From the NCBI GenBank assembly GCA_020137815.1, contig CM035353.1:372001-436000 (forward strand): a DNA stretch of 64,000 bases. The letters are read 5' to 3'. The translations under genes and the position numbers were made by a program. The notes below the pieces were generated by a model. The model saw nothing but the letters and a program-made list of their open reading frames with translations, was not told where the DNA came from and searched no databases. This document shows, one piece after another, positions 50,521 through 63,300 of the stretch. This stretch comes from Hormiphora californensis (lineage: Eukaryota; Animalia; Ctenophora). The stretch's first letter is position 1, and each line of letters opens with the position of its first letter.

Positions 50521-51303
50521 GTGTTTACTTTTATAAATCGCTAGGGACGTGCGTGGTGTACCAGGAGTGGTGAATTATGCAGCCATTCTTTATTGTGTCT
50601 CTACCTCTTTTCTCCGTGTCCTAACACAATATACCTATGGTACACCCGCACAAGTGTTCCTTTTATTTGTAAAGTTTGTTTCTTTCTTCAGTTTCAAGTT
50701 ACCTGATTGTCTTGTTCTCGGTTTCAAGGAGTTTCAAGAACAGCGTTAAAATTTGGTTGTTTGCCCCCTACCCGCCGCCGGGGCTGCGCCCCTGGACCCT
50801 GCTTGTGGGGGGTTCTACCCTCCACACCCCCTGACCCGGGCTGCCGCCCAAGGCCCCTGGACGCACAGGTACGCGCTGGGCCGAACTCCGAAGGCCCAGC
50901 GACGTCCCTGGTGTTTGGAGTGTCTGCGCTCGCGGTTTTTAACGGCGCCCGAGTTTCAACAGTCCACAATGAGCATTCTCGGAAATTTTCAGGTCGGACA
51001 TCGCGTGACCAGTTTCAACCAATCACGGCTGGTCACCCGGTGGCCGGTGCTCGATCTGAACATTTCCAAGGATGCTCATGAGCACTGTTATAGTTGGTCA
51101 AAATTCTTGACTCAAGAACACTATTGGCGTGCATTCGTGTCCAAGGCACTGAAAAGTTGTGTTGGGATGTAGTGACAAGGATTCCTATATCTCAAACTGT
51201 GCTATCTCAATTACCATTAACACCCGCTGTTATATATTTACCTTGGAACTTACAACCTATCCCATCTTTAGATGATGATATAGCAGTACTATAAAACACA
51301 GCG

Positions 51304-54300
51304 ATGTCGAACACCGAGGAACAGATAGTGAAGCTTCTCAATCAAGTTTGTTCTCTTTGATATTATGTTAACTAACATAGACATAGTCAGAAGTGTGACT
51401 GTTTGATTTAATTATTTAACTTAATTTAGTTAATCGACTAACTAAAGTTCTATCCAGGCAAGCCTCACGGACAGTTCTGGGAAGCTGCAATGTCTAAAGA
51501 ATGTCCAGGAACTCCTTATCAACAAAGACCCCGTCCTTCTGGATAACATGTTGGTTGAGATTCTTCAGTTACAACGCGACACTAATGCTGATGTGAGGAA
51601 GTTTGTGTTAGGTAAATAATTATTTATTTTCTTCAGTTCTCACATCACATTTGGTCAGAGCTCCCTTATCTCTGTTTTGCTTGCGAACCGTTGCGAATCT
51701 CTCTAATTGTGAGATATCTATCTCTCCTGCTATGAGTGGTAGTACAGCCTCTGCTTGTAGTTTCAAAGACCGGCTGAGAGTCTATAGTGATGAAAGGGTA
51801 CAGAGAGGTGTGTATGGTGAAGTGCAGGGCGAGTTATTTGACCTGGTACGGGACCTGTTTACACATGCTGGTATCAAGGATTCCTTCCCGAAGAGTTTGA
51901 CTGCCGGACGTAGTGTGTGGGATAGCCTGAAGTGTCCGAGCAAGAGTAAGATCAAGGGGATAAAGAAGCCAGAACTAGAGGATTTCACAGAGAAAGTGTG
52001 CCGTTTCCTGATGGAGAGGTGTTACCCGTTGCTCGACCGTCTGAGTAACGAAGTTGAGGAAAGTGAGAGAAAACTATTGGATAGTCAAGATGAGCTGATT
52101 GTTTCTCAGCGAGCACTGGTGGAGGCCCAGGGACAGCTGGTTAAATTGCAGTGTGAGTTGTTAGGGAAGCGAGATAAGGAGATTACTGCTGTGCAGTCTA
52201 TTGCTGAAGAGGAGATAAAGACGTTTTCCTCAGTTCTGAAAAAGAGTTGTGACAATGCTCTAGCTCCGAAACGTATTCGTACTGCAATAACGAGTGCTAC
52301 AGAGGACAGGACAAGTAACGTGATTGTCCATGGACTATTTGATGATCCCAGTGAAAGTAGTAAAGATCTGGAACATTCAGTTTGTGGAGTTTTCGACTAC
52401 ATGGGTGAATGTGTAACTAGTGTTTACAGCATGACGCGTCTCGGAAGGTACAAGGAGGGTACTGACCGACCTGTTAAACTGCGCCTGTCTGGCCGTGAAT
52501 TTCGAGATCTGATCCTGTCCCGCAAAAGTGGTCTGAAGAAGTCGGATAGGTACAAAGATCTGTACATCTCCCCGGACCGTTCCCCGGAAGAGAGAGAGGA
52601 GAGGAGGAAGTTGGTGGCTGAGCTGAAGGAGAGGAAGGCGGCGGCTCCGGGCAAGACTTTTGGGATCCGAGGAGGCAAGGTTGTGGAGGTGGAAGTGTGA
52701 GAACGTGAACGTGAGCGTATTGAACTGTGTTGTATTGTTGTATTGTTTATGTTTGTGTTTATGAATTTGAATTGGGTTATGTGACAGGACTTTGAGCATC
52801 TGAGCACCGGAATTTTTTACTAGATGGACATTTTTTGTTTCTATAGTTTATCTAGAGTTTTAGGTTTTATATACAGTGGTGAACCGCTCTGAAGCTCCGT
52901 AGTACTAGTGTTTTTTTGGATTCTGGTACCCTACGGGGTCTGAGCGTGTATATAAATTCTGTTATTATTATTATTATTATTATTTTATCCAAGTTTAACC
53001 TGATAGCTTCTTCTGATAGCTTATTCTATAACAGTTCTGTCATCTATATTAGACAATTGTGTAATTAATAGTTATTCAAATAATCAATTAAAATCCCCGT
53101 GATTATTGTCTATGGAATTCCTTTACAGGATTTATCGAAGAAGCGTGTAAGAAGGATATGTTATTGCTGCCCAAATGTATCGATACTGTTGTTGCACTTC
53201 TGTCTGATAGCAATCTCCAGGTGGAACGAAAAGTGATCCAGGTGAGAACAAGTGAATGTGAGAGAAAAACAGTTGTTTTATAGATAAGATTGTATCAGAA
53301 AATATGCCACCTTTTACCTGCAGCTCTCCTTGTTTAGGTTATAATATCCCAACTTTTGTTCAGGTTATAACTTCACTCTATCGGGATATGATAGGATGGC
53401 AAATTTCGCAAAGGAAAATAGCTCAAGATATGATGGAGGCGTGGGTTCACTTGACCCATTTAAAAGGTGTGAAAATGTTATCATGTATTCGATCAATCAG
53501 CTGATTAATGACCAATGATCATACATATAACCCCCCCCCCGGCCCCCCATTAACCCTTCATTAATTAATAATTCATTAATTAATAATTCATTAATTAACT
53601 CCCCATTTCTTCCTTGTTAGGGTTCATTTTAGAGGCTCTAGAAGCGGAGAGTGAGGGTATAAGAACACATGCTATAAAGTTTATTGAGGTTCTCGTCATC
53701 TGTCAGAGTGATCATCCCGCTCCCCCCGAGGGAGGTTCAGAGGTAAATATGTGATAGTGATAGTGAGGTTCAGAGGTAAATGTGATTGTGATAGTGAGGT
53801 TCAGAGGTAAATGTGATAGTGATAGTGAGGTTCAGAGGTAAATGTGATAGTGATAGTGAGGTTCAGAGGTAAATGTGATTGTGATAGTGAGGTTCAGAGG
53901 TAAATGTGATAGTGATAGTGAGGTTCAGAGGTAAATGTGATAGTGATAGTGAGGTTCAGAGGTAAATGTGATAGTGATAGTGAGGTTCAGAGGTAAATGT
54001 GATAGTGATAGTGAGGTTTGTGATTGTGAGGTTTGTTATTGTGATAGTACAGTCGGGTCCCGAACCACGATTTACTAGTAAATTGGGATCCGATTATAAC
54101 TCATAACTTTAGATTTGTGAAAACCACTCCAACACCTGGGAGGTTTAATTAATAATTGAAGGGGAGATCTGAAAATACTGCATTATTCATTAAATTTCTG
54201 ATCTTCAGATCTGCCTGAATTTCATCCCGCCCGACCACCCGACAATGGATGCAGGAGAATTAAGAAGGGAGGCGGGGAAAGCATTTCAGTCTCTCCTTAC

Positions 54301-57300
54301 ATTCACTACTACTCTCTCCATCACACCCATGAATCTAATGACCAGCATGGGATCGCTCACTAACGTGGCCAAAAATAGACCGAAATTTCTTGGACCTGTT
54401 GTAAAGGTAAGAAATGTTTGAAGGAAAAGAGGGAGGCGGGCTTTCTCGCTGCCAAAAAAATCCACCCTGATCCATGATATATAATTAAGTATTTGATTAC
54501 ATTATACATCACTGAAAACAACCCAATTTCAGGTTTTTGAAACTGTCCAAGCAAAACTTCCTCCAACTCTAAGTAAATCCCAGATCCTTAGCGTCAAAAA
54601 ACAGCTGAAAGTACACACAACTAATTTGTTCAAGATACCCAGTAGTTTTACAAACAGGTATGAAGTCATCAGCAGTTTTACAAACAGGTATGATGTCATG
54701 TGTGATTCTCCAACCTCGCTCCCTCTCTCAGTTTGCTTCTTGATTCACCAGCTGGACCCGTAAAAATAGACTTTTTCAACCCTTTGAGGGCCACGATAGG
54801 TCTCAAAATGTCAAATAAATCGGACATAGATACCAAAGAGTTAACACACCATTTTCACACTTCTTTAGTTACTATATGCTCCATCTTTCCAGGTTGGGTG
54901 CTCTGTTGACCTCACTGGGAATGAGTTCCTCCGAACAGGACAAGATCCGTCCCAGACACATCCCTCAGGAGGTCTCCAACAAGAGACATGCCAGCGATCA
55001 ACCTGGTCACTCTGGCTCACACAAACGGAAGGTAACTGTGTGTTAAGTTAAACTTGTGTTAAGCAGGCGAAGACAAACACAATAATCTGACACTTTTTTC
55101 TTTCTTTAGAAAGTCTCTGACAGAACTTCTTCTTTCTTTAGAAAGTCTCTGACGAGGATACGGAAGATACAGATGAAATACCACTTGACCCTGAGACGGA
55201 GGCAGTAGCTGCTGGCATTGCAGAGAAGCTAACTCCCGATATGGTCACAGAACTGGTGCTAATAGGACTTATGGAGATACCTCAATCTTTACCCAGCCAT
55301 TTCGCTAAAACATATAGACCTATCTCTTCTGCGGGTACATATTTTTCAAAAGTTGTGTTTTTGCATCATCGCGGGCTCTAAAAAGAGAGAGAACAGCAGG
55401 GATTTTGACAAACAATTCTCTAAATACTCTTTGATGGCTAACTAAAACCCATATCACCCCATGATATTTTTCCTGGTATAACAAGTTTTATTTACAGGCA
55501 CGCCCCGTCAAATCCTGTCCCTGTCTCGGCTACTAGCGACGCAGTTAGCAGCACTAGGTGGAAGGGAGGAGGGCACACACAAGTTGGCGTCCATTCAGGA
55601 GGAGGTGGGGGCAAGGATCAACGAGAAAGTGATCGCTAAACATTTCAATCTAGAACCCGAGGCACCTGCTAGATCTGGGTCGACTAGGAAGAGCATTCGA
55701 CAGTTCAATGTAGACGATGTAAGTACGAGTTGCCACCTTTTCACTTTCGGAAGCTTGGTGGACTACACGACATGCGGTAGACCAGGATCGAACCTGGACC
55801 TATAAGAGGGTGAGAGTGTAGTACTAGCCACTACACCACCCAGGTGTAGTACACTACCCAGGTGTTGTACTAGCCACTACACCACCCAGGTGTAGTACAC
55901 CACCCAGGTGTAGTACCCAGGTGTAGTACTAGCCACTGCACCACCCAGGTTTTGAGAGAAATGAAGACGGAGGAGCTTGAGAGTACCAGTAGAAAGGCAC
56001 TAAGGAGGCTCTTCCAGGCTGAGAGGTCTGCCGAGAATGCCAGCCCTCAAGCAGTCGCTATACGGCACAAGCTTATTGTAGGTAATTATCCCTTGTTATA
56101 TCCCCAGATACAGTCGGACCCCTACATAACTGCTTATTTCCCTGCCCGGGTGAATGCCGAAGGCATTCACCCGGATGCCTTTTTACTTTGTAAAAAGGCA
56201 TAGCAGGGTTAGAATTCGAAAACGTAGAGGGACCATTTTGGTCACACTTTCGTTGCGACTGAGCCGCGCGCACAACAACAAGCTACTCCTTTATCAAAAC
56301 TAACAATGACACAGTTTGATGGACGTTTATGCGCGCGCCACTCAACAAAACATGAATAGCGCTGCCGCGTGATTCGCGTGTTACATATACATTGCCATCT
56401 TGCGACTCCAGTGTGAGAGGTTAGATAAGTAGTTAAGTTGGAATGTCAAAAGCTGGTTAGCAAGTGTCATGTGAGTAAACTAAGCTATGTGAGAAGTATA
56501 CTGACAGCTTTATCGTATGCATCTCACATTACATTATGACCAATCCTGTTGACAGTGACACGTGAGACGGGAGGGCAGGGAAACACAGCATTATGAATAC
56601 ATAATGCAATGATTCTTGTTTGTTTATTCCAGGTTTATGAAATCATTTTTTGATTTTTCCAGGTTTGGTAACTCAATTTGGGAAGGAATTTAGGCGAGCA
56701 TTTATCGCCTTTGTCTTGGAGGATATGCGAGCTCGTGCTGATATTATCATAGCCTGGCTTTACAGGTACTATCATTATTTTAGATAATTCCCCGGCCCAT
56801 TTTTTTAATGAAATCTAAAAATATTAAAAATAATATCTGATACCGTAATCTGGGGTAACTTTGTTTTGCAGGGCAACTTTGGACACTTTCAAAATTTGGC
56901 TTTAGTCCAAAATTACCAACAGATAACGACAGATTTGGCATAATTTTTGGGTGTACAAGTAATTGACCCACAAATGTCTAACTAACGGTGCAATTATTTT
57001 TTTCAATTCTATGCTAATCAGCTCCTAATTAGGGCCAAACATAATTGATGTCAAAATCGCTAAAAATGTTCAAATCAAAATGGGTACCATAGATTTGACC
57101 GGGCTAATGACCGAATCAAGTTTGCCCCATAGAGTGGAAGGGTTTCGATCAAATAATTCGGGGTACCATTTTTCAAACCCGATCAATTACTTTAATTGAG
57201 ACTAATAGGGGTGGCTAATGTTACCCCACCATTTTTTGAATTTTGGGGTAACTTTGGACGGGGTGCCAAAGTTACCCCACACTACAGGTTTTGAACTTTT

Positions 57301-60300
57301 GATGTCTGTAGAGTTGCCTTAGACCCTCACTGAATTATTTAGGGCCATATAACCAAGATTCAGCCCACTCCACGCCCATTTCCATCTATCTATTCGATAG
57401 GTTAGTGAAAAAACTAGGATTTGGACTACTCTATGGAGCTAAATCACAGTAATCCGGCCTGAAACCCATCAAACTTCAATAATTTGGGGTTCCTCATCCA
57501 TCCTGTAGCATGTTAGATGGTATTGGATCTCTAGGCGAGTGTTCTAGTTCTTGTAGACAATCTACTTATGCAGGAACACAGGTACCAAAACTCCTTTATT
57601 TAGCCAGTACCCATATAAGTAGACCACTTCCTGTCTATCCAATTCAGCAAAAAGAACTAACACACTCGCCTAGCCTAGATAGAGGGCCAATACCATCTAC
57701 CAAACTACAGGATGGATGAGGGACCCCAAATTACTGAAGTTTGATAGGTTTCAGGCCGGATGTGGCAACCTCTAAATCAAGTCCGATTGAGCTGAAATTT
57801 GATTTGGTGGCTAGTTTCATCATTCCTCACACCCAAAAAAGTTGAGTCGACATAATTTATTGACCCATTTAAACCCCATTTAAACATTTTAGGTTCATTT
57901 ATTTATCATTGCAAAATGTTCGAATTTATGTTTGTTCCAATATTACTATCGTGGGGTAACTTTGGACGGGTGTCCAAAGTTACCCCACCCTCATTCCAAA
58001 GTTACCCCATGCCCTAAAACCCCACTTACACTAAAATACACGTTAATTAATGTAATTAAATGAGAGGGGACCAAAAATTTCACTAGTTATATCTGGTTTA
58101 CTAGGTCTGGAACGGGATTTTTTGGTTCAAAAATTTTCGAGTGTGGTTCTGGCAAGGAATTATTTTAGAAGAATGCTAAAAAGTGGTACAAAGTTACCCC
58201 AACTTACGGTAGTACACGATCTAAGCTGCTGTTTCAATAAAACCCCTCCACCCCCCCCCTCCCCTCCCTCCCCTCCCCTCCACCCTCCCCCTCCACCCTC
58301 CCCCTCCTCCACCCCTCCCCTCCACCCTCCCCCTCCCCAGAGAGTACACAATAGATCAGGGGTACGTGTGGAAGGGTCTGACCCCTCCACCCCCTCCCCT
58401 CCCCTACACCCTCCTCCACCCTCCCCCCACCCCTGAACCCCTCCCACCCCTCCACCACCCCCTCCCCAGAGAGTACACAATAGACCAGGGGTACGTGTGG
58501 AAGGGTCTGACCCCCTCCACCCCTCCCCTCCCTCCCCTCCACCTCCCCCACCCCTCCCCTCCACCCTCCCCCTCCCCTCCCCTCCGCCCCCTCCCCCACC
58601 CCTCCACCCCCCTCTCCCCTCCACCCTCCCCCTCCCCAGAGAGTACACAATAGACCAGGGGTACGTGTGGAAGGGTCTGACCCCCTCCACCCCCTCCCCT
58701 CCCCTCCCTCCCCTCTCCCCCACCCCTCCCCTCCACCCTCCCCCTCCCCTCCCCTCCGCCCCCTCCCCCACCCCTCCACCCCCCTCTCCCCTCCACCCTC
58801 CCCCTCCACCCCCTCCCCAGAGAGTACACGATCGACCAGGGGTACGTGTGGAAGGGTCTGACCCCCTCCCCCATCCCTCCCCTCCACCACCCCCTCTCCC
58901 CCACCCCTCCCCTCCACCCCCTCCCCAGAGAGTACACAATAGACCAGGGGTACGTTTGGAAGGGTCTGACCCCTGAGAACTATGGATATGATAACTGCCT
59001 GCAGTACATTCTACACGGTGTGTTCAAGAAGCTGGAACCTGGTGACAGGATCCTAAGTAAAGTGTTACTGGACTGCCCAGAGATCACTGAAGGTAATATA
59101 TATTGTTTACTACTGCAAGAGGCTAATTTAGAGGTTATTTGGGATATGCTTGTGCGTGGGGTGGGGGTAAACTGAACGTAAACTGCAACCAAGTGTTTAT
59201 GCACGGGTCCCATAATGCTGAATTATTGAATTTAGTAGTATCAAGTACATAGTATCAAGCTCTTATTATATCTGTTATAACAGGAGCTCTAACGATGATA
59301 AAATCGTTCTGCGAGAATCCAGAGTGGCTCGAAGTGAGCGTATCAACAGTTCATGAGTTGCTGCTGAAAAGGGCCAACCTACGAACACAGGTACAAGCTG
59401 AAACTATATTAATTAACATTGATATTAACCACATTAAAACTATATTAATTAACATTGATAGCACATAATCAAAATCCAAAGATATGGCTAAATGGCAGTG
59501 CTCTATCCTTTGACAGAAAACTTGTTTTCTTTTGCATTTGTAAGCATGTTTGCCATTATTTAGCTGACCTCATTTCTCGATCACTCATTGTAACCCCCCC
59601 CCCCATTTCCTCAGCTACTAGAGGTTTTATTGGGCCTCACTATGTCGTAACCCCCCCCCCCCCATTTCCTCAGCTACTAGAGGTGTTATTTCGGACTAAC
59701 TATATCGTAACCCCCCATTTCCTCAGCTACTAGAGGTGTTATTGGGCCTCACTATATCGTAACCCCCCATTTCCTCAGCTACTAGAGGTGTTATTGGGCC
59801 TCACTATGTCAAAGAACGCTGCAGTTCAAGAGTTAGCCATTGCCAAGTGTAAAGATCTCTTTGTTGTCCAATCTCTGTCCACCCCTCTGGAGGACTTTGC
59901 TACCACAATCCTAACACGCCTGATAGCAGAGAACCCTGTTCACGCTTGTAGCGCAGAGGTGAGAGAATTTCACTGGGTGCTGCACACTGTAACTAACTTG
60001 AGTCGTACCCCGATTTACCGGGATACTCGGTGAAAAGGTTTTCCCTGGTAAATCGGGGTTTTCCGGTATATCAACTACGGTTAATTTCCAATATCGGGGG
60101 AAGTTTATCCTCCCGGTAAATCAGGGAGTCTGACTGTAATTAATACCCCCATTTTACTGCAGGATACTGAGTTACCTGCGGGACCCTACGATAAGGATGC
60201 AGAGTGGTCAGATGAGAGTATCAAGTCGTGCCTTCACCTCTTCCTTGCCCTCCTCCCCCTCAAACCACGTATGGTACATGGACTGGCTGAAGTGTACAGG

Positions 60301-63300
60301 TACTAAATCTTATGATCCATCTTTTTGTCCAAAATGTAGATCAATAGTTATTAGTTACCCGTTTTGTTTTGAACAAGCCAAGTACACCTAAAAACATTAA
60401 TATTACTCGAATAGGGAAAGTAGTAGTGCGATTAAAAGGACTATCCTGCGAATGGTGGAGGCCCCGGTCTCGCAAATTGGTATGAGGTGCAAGGAGATAC
60501 TTCAACTGATAGAAAATGGTCCAAAGGGATCAGAGACACTGGTCACCAGAATTCTACACATTCTTACTGAGAGCGAACAGCCAACGAAGGAACTCGTTGC
60601 TATGGTAAGTTAGGTGGTTGCTATGGTAAGTTAGGTGGTTGCTATGGTAAGTTAGGTGGTTGCTATGGTAAGTTAGGTGGTTGCTATGGTAAGTTAGGTG
60701 GTTGCTATGGTAAGTTAGGTGGTTGCTATGGTAAGTTAGGTGGTTGCTATGGTAAGTTAGGTGGTTGCTATGATAAGGTAGGTGGTTGCTATGATAAGTT
60801 AGGTGGTTGCTATGGTAAGTTAGGTGGTTGCTATGGTAAGTTAGGTGGTTGCTATGGTAAGTTAGGTGGTTGCTATGGTAAGTTAGGTGGTTGCTATGGT
60901 AAGTTAGGTGGTTGCTATGATAAGGTAGGTGGTTGCTATGATAAGTTAGGTGGTTGCTATGGTAAGTTAGGTGGTTGCTATGGTAAGTTAGGTGGTTGCT
61001 ATGGTAAGTTAGGTGGTTGCTATGGTAAGTTAGGTGGTTGCTATGGTAAGTTAGGTGGTTGCTATGGTAAGTTAGGTGGTTGCTATGGTAAGTTAGGTGG
61101 TTGCTATGGTAAGTTAGGTGGTTGCTATGGTAAGTTAGGTGGTTGCTATGGTAAGTTAGGTGGTTGCTATGGTAAGTTAGGTGGTTGCTATGGTAAGTTA
61201 GGTGGTTGCTATGGTAAGTTAGGTGGTTGCTATGATAAGGTAGGTGGTTGCTATGATAAGTTAGGTGGTTGCTATGATGATAAGTTAGGTGGTTGCTATG
61301 ATGGTAAGGTAGGTGGTTGCTATGGTAAGTTAGGTGGTTGCTATGATGATAAGGTAGGTGGTTGCGACAGCGAAAGCTACATTATCATTGTATCACTAGC
61401 AGCTAGTGACTAGCTCCCTCCCCATCCACCTTTCCTTTGGAAGTCGATAGAGTAGAGGTCCTTGTATTAAAAAATGTATAATAATAGTCAATCATTTTAC
61501 TGCAGGTGAAGAGTCTGTACGCCAAGAGGTTGGGAGATGTACGAATGTTGATACCAGTGTTACCAGGATTGGATCAGAAACAAATAGAAGACCTCTTACC
61601 CAAGATAATTAAACAAAGCAGCAGTGTGGTAAAAGAGGCATTTAAGAGGGTTCTCTCTCCGTTCCGACCGGGGGGATCAGGTAGGGAATTATATTCAGTT
61701 ATCAGGAAGTTCAATGCCCTCTGCACGTCCTGTCGCCATTGGCCAGCTCCCCTCCTCTCTTTAACTCCCCCTCTCTTTCCCCCAGGTTCAGGTCCCATTA
61801 CACCTGCCCAGCTCCCCTTCTCTCTTTAACTCCCCCTCTCATCCCCCCATCCAGGTTCAGATCCCATTACACCTGCCCAGCTCCCCTTCTCTCTTTAACT
61901 CCCTCTCTCTTCCCCCAGGTTCAGGTCCCATTACACCTGCCCAGCTCCCCTTCTCTCTTTAACTCCCCCTCTCATCCCCCCATGTACAGGTCCCATTACA
62001 CCTGCCCAACTCCCTCTCTTCCCCCAGGTTCAGGTCCCATTACACCTGCCCAGCTGCTGATTGCCCTGCACCATATCGAGGGCAAGGGTGAGGAGATGAA
62101 GTGTGTGATTGCCGCTACAAACATGTGCTTTTCCGAGAAAGCGATTTACACCAGTGAAGTGCTTGCTATTGTGCTAACCCAGCTATTAGAGGTAAGGGAG
62201 GGTAATTTGGAAATGATAATTAGGACCCTTTCAAGGGTTCAAAGAAATGGTAAATCGGGGGCTAATATGTTATCTACCAACTATTTGCAGGTGTCGCCCA
62301 TCCCGCTGCTCTATATGCGGTCAGTTATCCAGGCACTGAGTATGTGGCCCCGAATGGTCAGCTTTATCCTAAACCTACTGTACAAGTTGATTACTAAACA
62401 AGTTTGGAAACAGAGTCAAGTGTGGAGAGGCTTTGTAAAGTGTGCTGCCATGTTAGGTAATGTCATGTTACCATGTTAGGTAATGTTAGATGACACCCAA
62501 TATTGATCTGGATAAGGTTGTTTATTGTGAGATAATCGTAGCAGATCATAAAGCAAAACGTTGACCTAATTTAATTCTCACATTCTTTTCTACATCATAT
62601 ATTAACTGTGTGGGAAGCTATAAATTAACAGCGGCCGATATCATTTCAGGGTCTCAGGCGCACAATCTCTTACTGACGTTACCGGCTGCTCGACTCAGGG
62701 ATGCATTCAAGCTAAATCCCGCACTACATAATCCATTGTTACTACACGTCCAAAGTTTCACACCCCATCAGGTAGGGAGGACTGGGGTATTAATAGTGGG
62801 CAGGGGGTTGTAGGGGGGGCGGGGGTAGTAATAGTGGGTACTGGGTGGTATAGAGGGGGTTGTAGGAGGGTAGTTGGGTAGTAGGGGGGTAGTGGGGTAA
62901 TAATAGTGGGCAGGTGGTTGTAGGGGGGTACTGGGGTAGTAATAGTGGGTAGGGGGTTGTAGGGGGGTACTGGGGTAGTAATAGTGGGTAGGGGGTTGTA
63001 GGGGGGTACTGGGGTAGTAATAGTGGGTAGGGGGTTGTAGGGGGGTACTGGGGTAGTAATAGTGGGCAGGGGGTTGTAGGGGGGTACTGGGGTAGTAATA
63101 GTGGGCAGGGGGTTGTAGGGGGGTACTGGGGTAGTAATAGTGGGCAGGGGGTTGTAGGGGGGTACTGGGGTAGTAATAGTGGGCAGGGGGTTGTAGGGGG
63201 GTACTGGGGTAGTAATAGTGGGCAGGGGGTTGTAGGGGGGTATTGGGGTAGTAATAGTGGGCAGGGGGTTGTAGGGGGGTACTGGGGTAGTAATAGTGGG

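Noticed and set aside
50707-51172. Overlapping GC-rich ORFs upstream of symplekin
   Set aside because: No recognisable domain; the region looks like a repeat remnant plus promoter.
58122-58976. Long Gly- or Pro-rich ORFs (also 62758-63513)
   Set aside because: Produced by stop-free C/G-rich tandem repeats inside symplekin introns.
60596-61365. CRISPR-like appearance of the regular arrays (also 53732 and 58335)
   Set aside because: No unique spacers, no cas genes, and a eukaryotic intronic context.
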